The notes under the pieces were generated by a model. It did not search any database, had not been told where the DNA came from, and worked only from the letters and a program-made list of their open reading frames with translations. From a virus: 47,234 nucleotides of DNA. The stretch lies in IMG/VR virus record IMGVR_UViG_3300027765_000001, positions 1-47,234 of that record; one strand, 5' to 3'. Both the position numbers and the translations under genes were made by a program. Numbering within the stretch: position 1 is the first letter of the stretch; every line of letters starts with the position of its first letter. Of this stretch, positions 34,022 to 40,830 are shown in pieces.

Positions 34022-34189
34022 CTAGGCGGCCCGGCGCTGCTGCGCCAAGGGCTCGCCCAGGTACGTGGCCATGATCCCCTCAGCCCAGATCTCGTCTCGC
34101 GGGGGCGCCTCTTCGAGGCGTCGGCGGACCCAGTCCGCCACCACCTCCGGCCACGCCCGGGCCTCGTCCGGGGTGGGTATGTCAGGCAT
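34022..34189 (-). CDS. Hypothetical small acidic protein (55 aa)
   Basis: CTAGGAGGG SD. Internal start of track ORF 34022..34372. Confidence 0.5.
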   Translation of the reverse strand: MPDIPTPDEARAWPEVVADWVRRRLEEAPPRDEIWAEGIMATYLGEPLAQQRRAA

Positions 34190-34197
34190 CGGCCCTC

Positions 34198-34530
34198 CTA
34201 GGTGGCTATGTAGAGCTGCGGAAGGCGAACGAACAGGCCGTGGTACGCGTACCCTTCTTCGAACTCTTCGAGTGGCGCAATGGCATCCCGGTACAGGCGG
34301 CCACGCTGCTGCCATATCACGTGTTTGTGCTCCCAGCCCCGGCAGGACCGGTCGGGATGGTGGTTGATCCATCCCCAGGGCTCCCCGTTAAGGGAGCCGT
34401 CTTCCGCTAGGAGACGGCCGTACGGAAACTGCCGAAAGACTGCCAGTGTTATCTGCTTGCCGTTCAGCGTGAGCGTCTTGATCTCCACGCTTGCGGTGGA
34501 GATCAGCGCGCTCCGCGCCTCGATGCTCAC
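34198..34530 (-). CDS. Hypothetical protein (110 aa)
   Basis: GTGA-coupled internal start of track ORF 34198..34830. Confidence 0.5.
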   Translation of the reverse strand: MSIEARSALISTASVEIKTLTLNGKQITLAVFRQFPYGRLLAEDGSLNGEPWGWINHHPDRSCRGWEHKHVIWQQRGRLYRDAIAPLEEFEEGYAYHGLFVRLPQLYIAT

Positions 34531-35036
34531 CGCGCTCTCCTCTCGTACTCGGCCACGGGGCCGTAGGCCACCTGGCGGGCCCACTCGCCCGCCTCCCACC
34601 GAGTCAGGGACTCGGCGATGTGCGCGAAGCGCGCGGGGATGGCCGGCTCCGCCGGCCGGAAGAAGTTCCAGGCGTCCCGCGCACTGCGGAACGCCGGGGC
34701 CAGCATGAAGCGGCCCCGGCCGCGTCCGGTCTTGACGTCCCAGCGCATGTCCTGGCCCGCGTTGCGGGCCGCTGAGGGGCGCTCCAGCGCCTTCAGGAAC
34801 TTCTCCTGGCTGTCCAGGATGCCCCGGCATGAGAAAGGCCCCAGGATCGCCGTGTGCGGCGTCTCTGGGGCCTGGTCGGGGAAGAGGAACTGCCCGACCA
34901 CCGCGAAGCGGTGGGTGCGGGCCCTCACGTCATCGAGGGCGCCGATCACCAGATCGGCGACCTCTTCAGCCGACCGGTTCTGATTCTCCGGGTCGCTCAG
35001 GATCGCCGCTACGGCGGCGTTCTCTCTCGCGCTCAC
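34527..35036 (-). CDS. Hypothetical protein (169 aa)
   Basis: GGAAGGAAG SD followed by GTG. GC3 favours this frame in the overlap with the upstream gene. Confidence 0.55.
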   Translation of the reverse strand: MSARENAAVAAILSDPENQNRSAEEVADLVIGALDDVRARTHRFAVVGQFLFPDQAPETPHTAILGPFSCRGILDSQEKFLKALERPSAARNAGQDMRWDVKTGRGRGRFMLAPAFRSARDAWNFFRPAEPAIPARFAHIAESLTRWEAGEWARQVAYGPVAEYERRAR

Positions 35037-35241
35037 CTGCTTCCTTCCAGTGATATACGGCGTTGCCCGAGACGCCGAAGATGGCGCCGATCTCGCGCTG
35101 GCTCATGCCGGCGTCATAGGCGCGGCTGACGTGGACGTATTTGTCCAGGGTTGCGCGTTGTTCCAACTCGCCGAGCAGGCGCAGCTCTGCTGCGAGTGCC
35201 TGCCGCCGTTCGTCCGACAGGTTGGTCACCCTGCGGGGCAT
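34966..35241 (-). CDS. Helix-turn-helix DNA-binding protein
   Basis: AGMSQREIGAIFGVSGNAVYHWK is HTH-like. It is the first gene after a 410-bp structured gap. Confidence 0.55.
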   Translation of the reverse strand: MPRRVTNLSDERRQALAAELRLLGELEQRATLDKYVHVSRAYDAGMSQREIGAIFGVSGNAVYHWKEAGERERERRRSGDPERPGESEPVG

Positions 35242-35290
35242 GGTGGCTCCGGTGTGTTAGATGGACGGGGCAATCAATCCCTTGAGTCCC

Positions 35291-35651
35291 CCCCTGACCG
35301 GGGCAGATCCCAGTCAGGGGCAACCGTAGCTCACAGTTGATCTAACAAACCAGACGTGTCTTACTGTGTGAACCGAATGTAACGCGCCCTTAATGGGCCG
35401 TTCGTCGGCGCCGCAATTGCAGGCGCCTGATGGGCGGCCTCCTGGCCGCATGTGCGCCGCGCCTGCGGCGCTGGAGGCATGCCAGGCGCATATGGGTGCA
35501 CGTACCGCGCACGCCCAGCGCGCAGTCCGCCGTCAGGCGGACGTAGACCAGACCGCGCTCCCGCTCGCGCGGGAGCTGGCGGTCGTAGACCACGCCGTAC
35601 GCCACCCCCGAAGGGGTGGCGCAGCGAACCGGCGTGCCCCTGCGGGGGCAC
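35291..35651. other. Intergenic hairpin cluster
   Basis: Perfect stems at 35291-35320, 35407-35427, 35454-35471, 35525-35542, 35557-35576, 35601-35620 and 35634-35651. Confidence 0.75.
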
Positions 35652-35652
35652 C

Positions 35653-35871
35653 TCACCTCTTCTCCGCCAGGGCCTTGCCCTTGGCGCCCTTCCGGGCGGT
35701 GCCCGCCCGCGACTTGTCGCCGATCATGTGGGCAATGTCGGCGTAGCTGGCGCCGTCCTCGTGCGCCTCGTAGATGGCCATGAGAAGGGCCTCCTCGGCC
35801 CGCTGGCGGGCCTTGACGAGCCGGGCGAACTTCCCCGCCAGGGCGGCCCGCTTGTGCGGCGTGAGGCTCAT
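35653..35871 (-). CDS. Hypothetical small basic protein, possible HTH
   Basis: ATGA-coupled internal start of track ORF 35653..35973. Contains DGASYADIAHMIG. Confidence 0.45.
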   Translation of the reverse strand: MSLTPHKRAALAGKFARLVKARQRAEEALLMAIYEAHEDGASYADIAHMIGDKSRAGTARKGAKGKALAEKR

Positions 35872-36731
35872 GCAGCACCGTCCTGGAGGTCCAGGCCGGT
35901 GACCCTGGGGAGGACTTCGTCCTTCCTCCAGCGCAGCACGCCGAGCGTGACGCCGTCGGCGTAGGCGTTCCACGCCTTGACGATCAGGGCGTACGCCAGG
36001 TCGCGGCGGTTGGTGCCGCCCACGACCTGGATGCCGCTGCGGAACTTCTCGCGCAGCATCAGGCGCGGGTCACCCGCGCCCAGGTCCGTGCCGGTGTGCA
36101 GCGCCTCCAGCCAGGGCTGGATCTTGCCGATGTGCACGGTCCTGGCCGCTTGGGCCAGGACGGCCAGATGCGCCCCGATGGGGATCTTCACGGCGCCGTA
36201 CACCGTGGCCGCCTCGGTGGCGTACCAGCCGGCCTCCGGCCACGCCCGGAAGGTCTCCAGGATCTCCGGAGTGGTGATCTTCGGGTACCGCGGCATGCCC
36301 CAGCGGTCGCCGTCGGCCAGGGCCGCCAGGTGGCGGCTGGCGTTGGCGATGGACACGGCGTGCGGCACGCGCAGCACGTGCGCGGCCGTGCGCTTGTAGC
36401 CCTGGTCCACCACATCGAAGATGTCCCGGGGCTGGTCCGGAAAGATCCAGAAGGCGAAGGACTGCCCGGCGTTGGCCACCGCCTTCAGGCGGTGCTGCCC
36501 CGAGATGATGTAGCCCTCGGTGTCGAAGATCAGGCCCTCCGGAGTCAGGGCCCATCGGCCCTGCTCCATGTCGGCCTGATACTTGCCGGCCACGGACTTG
36601 GACAGCGGCCGGTTCTTCGGGTGGTTGCGGTAGCTCAGCCAGTCGCTGGCCATGTCCGGGGTGACGATCAGAATGCACGGCTGCGACGGCAGCCGGTACT
36701 TCGAGCCGGAAGGCTCCAGAGGCTCGCTCAT
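35868..36731 (-). CDS. ParB/Srx-fold (ParB N-terminal-like) nuclease domain protein
   Basis: NRPLSKSVAGKYQADMEQGRW...GYIISGQHRLKAV. ATGA-coupled internal start of track ORF 35868..37019. Confidence 0.7.
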   Translation of the reverse strand: MSEPLEPSGSKYRLPSQPCILIVTPDMASDWLSYRNHPKNRPLSKSVAGKYQADMEQGRWALTPEGLIFDTEGYIISGQHRLKAVANAGQSFAFWIFPDQPRDIFDVVDQGYKRTAAHVLRVPHAVSIANASRHLAALADGDRWGMPRYPKITTPEILETFRAWPEAGWYATEAATVYGAVKIPIGAHLAVLAQAARTVHIGKIQPWLEALHTGTDLGAGDPRLMLREKFRSGIQVVGGTNRRDLAYALIVKAWNAYADGVTLGVLRWRKDEVLPRVTGLDLQDGAA

Positions 36732-37078
36732 CGCTCGCTCGCCTCCGGCTGGGCCGCTTCGCGGCGCTGGATGATCAGCTCCCGCCAGAGGCGGTTCAGG
36801 ATGGGATAGCCGCCCTCGTGCCAGTTCTCGCCGGAGGAGTCGCCGTCGGCGTTGAAGCCGTGCAGCTCGTAGGCACGGTTGTCCAGGTCCAGCATCTCCT
36901 GGCCGGTGACGAAGTACGGCTCCTCTCCTTGACTCCCGGCGTACTGCGCCGTCATGCACGAAGTGGTGCTCTTGATGTCCAGCCTGTCCAGGTCGATGTC
37001 CTGGGCCCAGGTGGGCCACTTCTTGTCCAGCAGAGCGGCACCGCGCTGGACGCGGGCCGCGTAGTCGATCTCGTTCAT
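36728..37078 (-). CDS. Hypothetical protein (116 aa)
   Basis: ATGA-coupled internal start of track ORF 36728..37390. Confidence 0.5.
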   Translation of the reverse strand: MNEIDYAARVQRGAALLDKKWPTWAQDIDLDRLDIKSTTSCMTAQYAGSQGEEPYFVTGQEMLDLDNRAYELHGFNADGDSSGENWHEGGYPILNRLWRELIIQRREAAQPEASER

Positions 37079-37443
37079 GCCGAGACCTCCGCTCCGGTCT
37101 CGGCCGGCAGGACGCCGGCCGCGCGGGCCTTGTCCTTGAACCACTCCCAGGTACCGCACCAGTCCTCGCGGAGCGCCAGCGCGTCCAGCTCGGCCATGCT
37201 GGCCGGGAGCAGGGCCAGCACCATGCTGGCCTCCTCGGCGTGGCTCTTGGCGTTCTTGGCGATCCAGCTCACCAGGGGGTCCTTCGAGCCCTCCAGGGGC
37301 TCCAGGGCGGCCTTCAGAGCCGCCTCCTTGATGCACGCCGGGCACGTGCTCGCGTCGTGGCGGCCGTACTGCACGGGGGTCTTGTAGCACGCCTCTTCGG
37401 CGGCCTTGACGGCCGCGAGGAACTTCTCGACCTCGGGATACAT
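37075..37443 (-). CDS. Hypothetical protein (122 aa)
   Basis: The leader CGAACGGAGAGGACGGGTTC precedes the ATG. The same leader occurs at 40707. Confidence 0.55.
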   Translation of the reverse strand: MYPEVEKFLAAVKAAEEACYKTPVQYGRHDASTCPACIKEAALKAALEPLEGSKDPLVSWIAKNAKSHAEEASMVLALLPASMAELDALALREDWCGTWEWFKDKARAAGVLPAETGAEVSA

Positions 37444-37470
37444 GAACCCGTCCTCTCCGTTCGGGGGATG

Positions 37471-37509
37471 AAAAGGGGCCCCTGCTCTCTCCTGCGGAGC
37501 AGGGACCCC
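37471..37509 (-). terminator. Strand-specific intrinsic terminator downstream of the tRNA-like gene
   Basis: The 13-bp stem is fully paired only on the minus strand (one G-U pair) and is followed by UUUU. Confidence 0.7.
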
Positions 37510-37730
37510 GGCCCGCCCCCTGGCACGAGGGCGGGCTCCGATGGCCATTTGATCAAGTTCAGGCTGGCCAGACCCTTACGGCTCCTTCTGATGGATCTTG
37601 GCTAGTTGGAGCGAAACTCACCCGGACCTAGAGAGCCGAAGCCCACATCAGGCGCTGGCCGGGCCCTTCGGGGCTCACTGCTCCCCGAAGGGGGAGTCCG
37701 GCGTTCCTGCATGCGTCCATCACGGTCCGG

Positions 37731-37816
37731 TGCCTCCAGCCGGATTTGAACCGGCGACCTCGCAGACCGAGCCAGGGGCTCGGGAATGCGCGCTCTTACC
37801 TCTGAGCTATGGAGGC
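37731..37816 (-). tRNA. tRNA-like gene with canonical acceptor, D and T arms but an expanded 30-nt anticodon arm (possible Arg CCU/CCG reading)
   Basis: GCCUCCA-UA-GCUC-AGAGGUAA-GAGC-G-[CGCA-UUC-CCGAG-CCCCUGG-CUCGG-UC-UGCG]-AGGUC-GCCGG-UUCAAAU-CCGGC-UGGAGGC-A. Confidence 0.5.
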
Positions 37817-37873
37817 GCCACCTACCCGCCGCCTTCCCGCGGCGCCGTACGGTGGCAGGTCTTACGGGCGGCT

Positions 37874-38071
37874 CTAGCGCTGGCCGGAGCCGCCACATGC
37901 CTGGCAGGTCACGGACTTGGTCTTGCCGTCCGTGTCCACGTAGATGTGGCGGCCGGTGCCGCCGCAGTTCGAGCAGTTGGCCATGGAACCCTCCTTGATG
38001 CGGGCCGCGCGCTCCGCGCGGACCATCTCCATGACTCCCGCTTGCGCGGGGTCGATCCACTCCTCCGGCAT
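37874..38071 (-). CDS. Small DnaJ-type zinc-finger protein
   Basis: CSNCGGTGR...CQACGGSGQ is two CxxCxGxG repeats. GAGGAGGG SD. Confidence 0.6.
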   Translation of the reverse strand: MPEEWIDPAQAGVMEMVRAERAARIKEGSMANCSNCGGTGRHIYVDTDGKTKSVTCQACGGSGQR

Positions 38072-38092
38072 GCCTTGCCCTCCTCATGGAGA

Positions 38093-38116
38093 AGCCCCCG
38101 CCAGTCGGCGGGGGCT
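38093..38116 (-). terminator. Hairpin after the DUF397 gene
   Basis: AGCCCCCGCC-agtc-GGCGGGGGCT, a 10-bp perfect stem with a weak U-tract. Confidence 0.5.
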
Positions 38117-38136
38117 GTTGCGCTGCTCCGAGGTCG

Positions 38137-38346
38137 TCAGACCTCGAAGCCCTGGGCGAACCGGGTGAACGCGCTCCACGCGGAGCGCTCAACCAGCAGG
38201 GTGGCCCCGTCGGGGCCCTCCTTGCCGTCCTTCACGCCGACGGGGCCGGCGGCAGGACGGGCGACGTAGACGCAGTTCTCGGGGTTGCTGTAGCTGGACT
38301 TGACGAATCCGGCTCCGTTGTGGGTTCCCAGATCTTCCCTGAGCAT
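38137..38346 (-). CDS. DUF397 (BldB-like) small protein
   Basis: FVKSSYSNPENCVYVA...VGVKDGKEGPDGATLLVERSAWSAFTRF is the DUF397 signature. GAGAGGAG SD. Confidence 0.8.
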   Translation of the reverse strand: MLREDLGTHNGAGFVKSSYSNPENCVYVARPAAGPVGVKDGKEGPDGATLLVERSAWSAFTRFAQGFEV

Positions 38347-39008
38347 TCGTACAGCTCCTCTCGGATGAACTCCCGGGAGTCGCGCGTGCTGAGAGCGCGC
38401 CCGACCATGTCGGAGAACATCGCCTTCAGTCTCGTGATGTCCTCGGTGGTGATCGTATAGAAACCGCCGATCACTGTCTCCAGGTGGCCTACGGCCGGTC
38501 CGGGATCGAGTACGAACAGGCTGAACGGCTCCGCCGTGACGGGAACCGGAATGTCCTCGGGGACCACGTGGATCACGATGTTGTTCGTGTCCTCGATCAG
38601 CCACAGCAGTTGCCGCAACTGCTCGGCGTGGCTGAAGGCGTTCATCAGGGGGCGTCGGATGGCCTGTTCCCCTACCAGGAACCAGGCTGTGGACATGGAC
38701 AGCGCCTTGCGGCGCGCGAAGAACGCCTCGGACCGCATCCGGCGGTGCGTGACCAGTAGGCCGAGTTCGCCGTGCGGTATGTCCGGGGTGTGCGACTTGA
38801 TCGCGCCCGCGGTGTACGCGGGCGTCTGGAGGAGCCCCGGGATCAGTAGGGGGCTCCACGTGCGGTAGGCCATGGTGCATGCGTCCAGGTCCGCGAGGCG
38901 GTCTATCGCCTGCGCTCCGAGGCCGCCGGCCACCTGGCCGACGCCCCTTTGATCCATGGCCCTTAAGGCTTGCAGTGCGCACTTGGCGCGCATCGAGTTG
39001 TCGTTCAT
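38232..39008 (-). CDS. DUF5753 (WhiJ/Scr1-like) protein lacking the usual N-terminal XRE HTH; contains a TTA codon
   Basis: LIPGLLQTPAYTAGAI is the DUF5753 hallmark, but only 56 aa precede it. The TTA codon lies at 38964-38966. AGGAGAGGG SD. The frame runs 115 nt (38232-38346) into the DUF397 gene. Confidence 0.7.
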   Translation of the reverse strand: MNDNSMRAKCALQALRAMDQRGVGQVAGGLGAQAIDRLADLDACTMAYRTWSPLLIPGLLQTPAYTAGAIKSHTPDIPHGELGLLVTHRRMRSEAFFARRKALSMSTAWFLVGEQAIRRPLMNAFSHAEQLRQLLWLIEDTNNIVIHVVPEDIPVPVTAEPFSLFVLDPGPAVGHLETVIGGFYTITTEDITRLKAMFSDMVGRALSTRDSREFIREELYECSGKIWEPTTEPDSSSPATATPRTASTSPVLPPAPSA

Positions 39009-39034
39009 CGGCTCCCTCTCCTGAGCGTGAACCA

Positions 39035-39063
39035 ATTGTTGCGCACGGTCACGTGCGCTGTCA
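39035..39063 (-). promoter_or_regulatory. Candidate sigma70-type promoter for the DUF5753/DUF397 pair, with a palindromic spacer
   Basis: Minus strand reads CTGACA-17 nt (GCGCACGTGACCGTGCG)-AACAAT, about 27 nt upstream of the ATG. The spacer is the inverted repeat 39041-39058. Confidence 0.3.
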
Positions 39064-39429
39064 GGCCCTGCGGGCCTGATTCCCTCTCCTGATGGACGTG
39101 CACTCCCGAAGGGGTGCGCCCCGCCTCAACCCGGGAGAGGTTCGGGGAGGCGGGGCGGATCATGGCCCTGCGGGGCCAGGCAACCGCCCCTCATGGGGGC
39201 AGGGGCGGTTGACAAGCTCAGCAGAGCGGGCAGCCTGCGCACACTGTGCGCATGAAATCGGCCCATGGGGCCGCAGGATGCGGCCGGACCTCCTGTTCGT
39301 CCTCCAGGGCCTCCCTGCCCTGGTGCTCGGTCTCGCCGTCCTGAAGGACGCGCTTGGCGCTGTGCTCCTGTGTGATCATCAAGGCTCCCCTGAAGGGGGA
39401 CTGGCAATGCGCGCCCCCCTGGCGCGCAT
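39041..39429. other. Intergenic hairpin cluster
   Basis: Perfect or near-perfect stems at 39041-39058, 39061-39079, 39119-39155, 39181-39211, 39236-39252 and 39407-39429. Confidence 0.7.
39218..39379 (-). CDS. Possible small protein (53 aa) ending CAGCPLC
   Basis: GGGGAG SD followed by ATG. High GC3. However, it lies inside a hairpin-rich region and is below the track cut-off. Confidence 0.35.
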   Translation of the reverse strand: MITQEHSAKRVLQDGETEHQGREALEDEQEVRPHPAAPWADFMRTVCAGCPLC

Positions 39430-39540
39430 GTGGGGTCTGTCAGTCCAAGGGAGCCGACACCGCCCCGGGGGCGCTCACCGCGCCCCGAGGGGGGACAGCG
39501 CGGGAGCGGAGCGGTGCCGGCCGACTTGGGGTGACAGGCG

Positions 39541-39768
39541 TTAGGACCACATGAGATCGGCTACCGCCATCGGGTCCTTCCCGGCGAGCCGGCCCAGTTC
39601 TAGAAGCGTCATCCTCTTGCGTTGTGCGCCCTCCCATACCAGCCGGGGGGACGCTGCTCCGCACAGGAGTTGGATGTTCGCCTCACAGAACAGGGCCATA
39701 GCCCCGGCGTCGTCGGCGCATCCGGCGCCGACCTTGTGCGCAGCGGCGAGTGTCTGTTCGTAGTCCAT
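39541..39768 (-). CDS. Hypothetical protein (75 aa)
   Basis: TGATG-coupled start. Confidence 0.5.
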   Translation of the reverse strand: MDYEQTLAAAHKVGAGCADDAGAMALFCEANIQLLCGAASPRLVWEGAQRKRMTLLELGRLAGKDPMAVADLMWS

Positions 39769-40073
39769 CACTCACCGCCCCTCAGTGCGCCCGCGTAGCG
39801 GGTCATCTCCTCATAGCTGGGCTCGATGGGCTGGTCATCCTCGTACGGCTCCCACAGGAGCCGTACGGGCCGCTTGTGGTCGCCTCTGGCGACATCGTCG
39901 GGCACGTGGTAGCGCGTGCCGTAGTCCTCCATGGCGTCCTGGTGGTGCTCCGCGCACCACACAAGGCCCTCGGCCTTGCGCTCCGCGCAGAACTCGCTGC
40001 GCGGCATGCCGTAGGCAATCTGCCATCCGCAGATCTGCGAGCCGCGCCATGGCTCGCGGGGAAGGGTGCGCAT
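39768..40073 (-). CDS. Hypothetical protein (101 aa)
   Basis: TGATG-coupled internal start of track ORF 39768..40169. Confidence 0.5.
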   Translation of the reverse strand: MRTLPREPWRGSQICGWQIAYGMPRSEFCAERKAEGLVWCAEHHQDAMEDYGTRYHVPDDVARGDHKRPVRLLWEPYEDDQPIEPSYEEMTRYAGALRGGE

Positions 40074-40447
40074 CACTTCACCCTCCGGTAGCGCCGGAAG
40101 CCGTTCGCGGGGCGACCCAGCAGGGCCGATGCAGCTTCCATGAAGCCGTCGAACCCTCCCCGCCCCCACGTACCCGGGGGGCGGTCGTCCTTAAGTGGCC
40201 GCACAAGACGGCGGTCGTTGGGGGCGTACATTCCGTCACACTCGTACGCGAACCACTGGCCCTCGGCCTCTAGGAGTACTCCACACTCGAAGCCGTCGAA
40301 CCGACCTTCGAGCCACGGATACACCTTCCATTCGTTGTCACGCTCCGAGTAGACGCAGCAGGCCGCGGGGTTCGTCACGGTGAAAGTGTGGTTCGCGGTC
40401 CCGATCTTGCCGACCGCCTCAATCTCCAGATAGTCAGCGGTGGCCAT
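40073..40447 (-). CDS. Hypothetical protein (124 aa)
   Basis: TGATG-coupled start. Confidence 0.5.
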   Translation of the reverse strand: MATADYLEIEAVGKIGTANHTFTVTNPAACCVYSERDNEWKVYPWLEGRFDGFECGVLLEAEGQWFAYECDGMYAPNDRRLVRPLKDDRPPGTWGRGGFDGFMEAASALLGRPANGFRRYRRVK

Positions 40448-40707
40448 CACTCGCCGCCCGTGCTCTCAAGGGCGATGATGTCGCACCCCGGCCGGCCGGG
40501 CCGGTTCGGGATCCACGTGATCGCGAGGGGCCGCCCCTTGCGGTCCTCGCCGGTCCACTGGTGAACCACGTCTTCGCGGTACTCCGCCGCGATGACGTAG
40601 GCGCGGTGGACCGTGGCGCTGACCTTCTGCGTGGTGAACGCGCCGCCGCTGCCGCGCCCCTCGATGCGGTAGAGCGTGATTCCACGCTCTCGCGTAAGGT
40701 TGCCCAT
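40447..40707 (-). CDS. Hypothetical protein (86 aa)
   Basis: The leader CGAACGGAGAGGACGGAATC precedes the ATG. Internal start of track ORF 40447..40788. Confidence 0.5.
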   Translation of the reverse strand: MGNLTRERGITLYRIEGRGSGGAFTTQKVSATVHRAYVIAAEYREDVVHQWTGEDRKGRPLAITWIPNRPGRPGCDIIALESTGGE

Positions 40708-40737
40708 GATTCCGTCCTCTCCGTTCGGGATCACCAA

Positions 40738-40767
40738 GAAGCCCCGGGGTGGCACCCCCGGGGCTTC
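40738..40767 (-). terminator. 12-bp hairpin GAAGCCCCGGGG/CCCCGGGGCTTC
   Basis: Read directly. It lies between palindrome copy A and the next SD. Confidence 0.5.
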
Positions 40768-40768
40768 G

Positions 40769-40784
40769 CCTTGCGACTGCAAGG
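40769..40784. promoter_or_regulatory. Conserved 16-bp palindrome CCTTGCGACTGCAAGG, copy A
   Basis: Identical to 41140-41155. 41490-41506 has a one-base insertion. Each copy sits next to a variable long hairpin. Confidence 0.6.
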
Positions 40785-40830
40785 CCAACAGGCCGTACGT
40801 GCGAGACGTACGGCCGATGGCCCGGCAGGG

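Noticed and set aside
34022-34189. The 55-aa gene next to the candidate attP as the recombination directionality factor.
   Set aside because: Only position supports this. Serine-integrase RDFs are diverse, and I see no diagnostic motif.
37560-37730. A second tRNA or a tmRNA downstream of the tRNA-like gene.
   Set aside because: I found no T-loop (GTTCRANYC-type) motif and no acceptor pairing, only generic hairpins.
39207-39212. Perfect TTGACA hexamer on the plus strand.
   Set aside because: There is no acceptable -10 at 16-19 bp and no plus-strand gene downstream. It also falls within the right arm (39202-39211) of hairpin 39181-39211.
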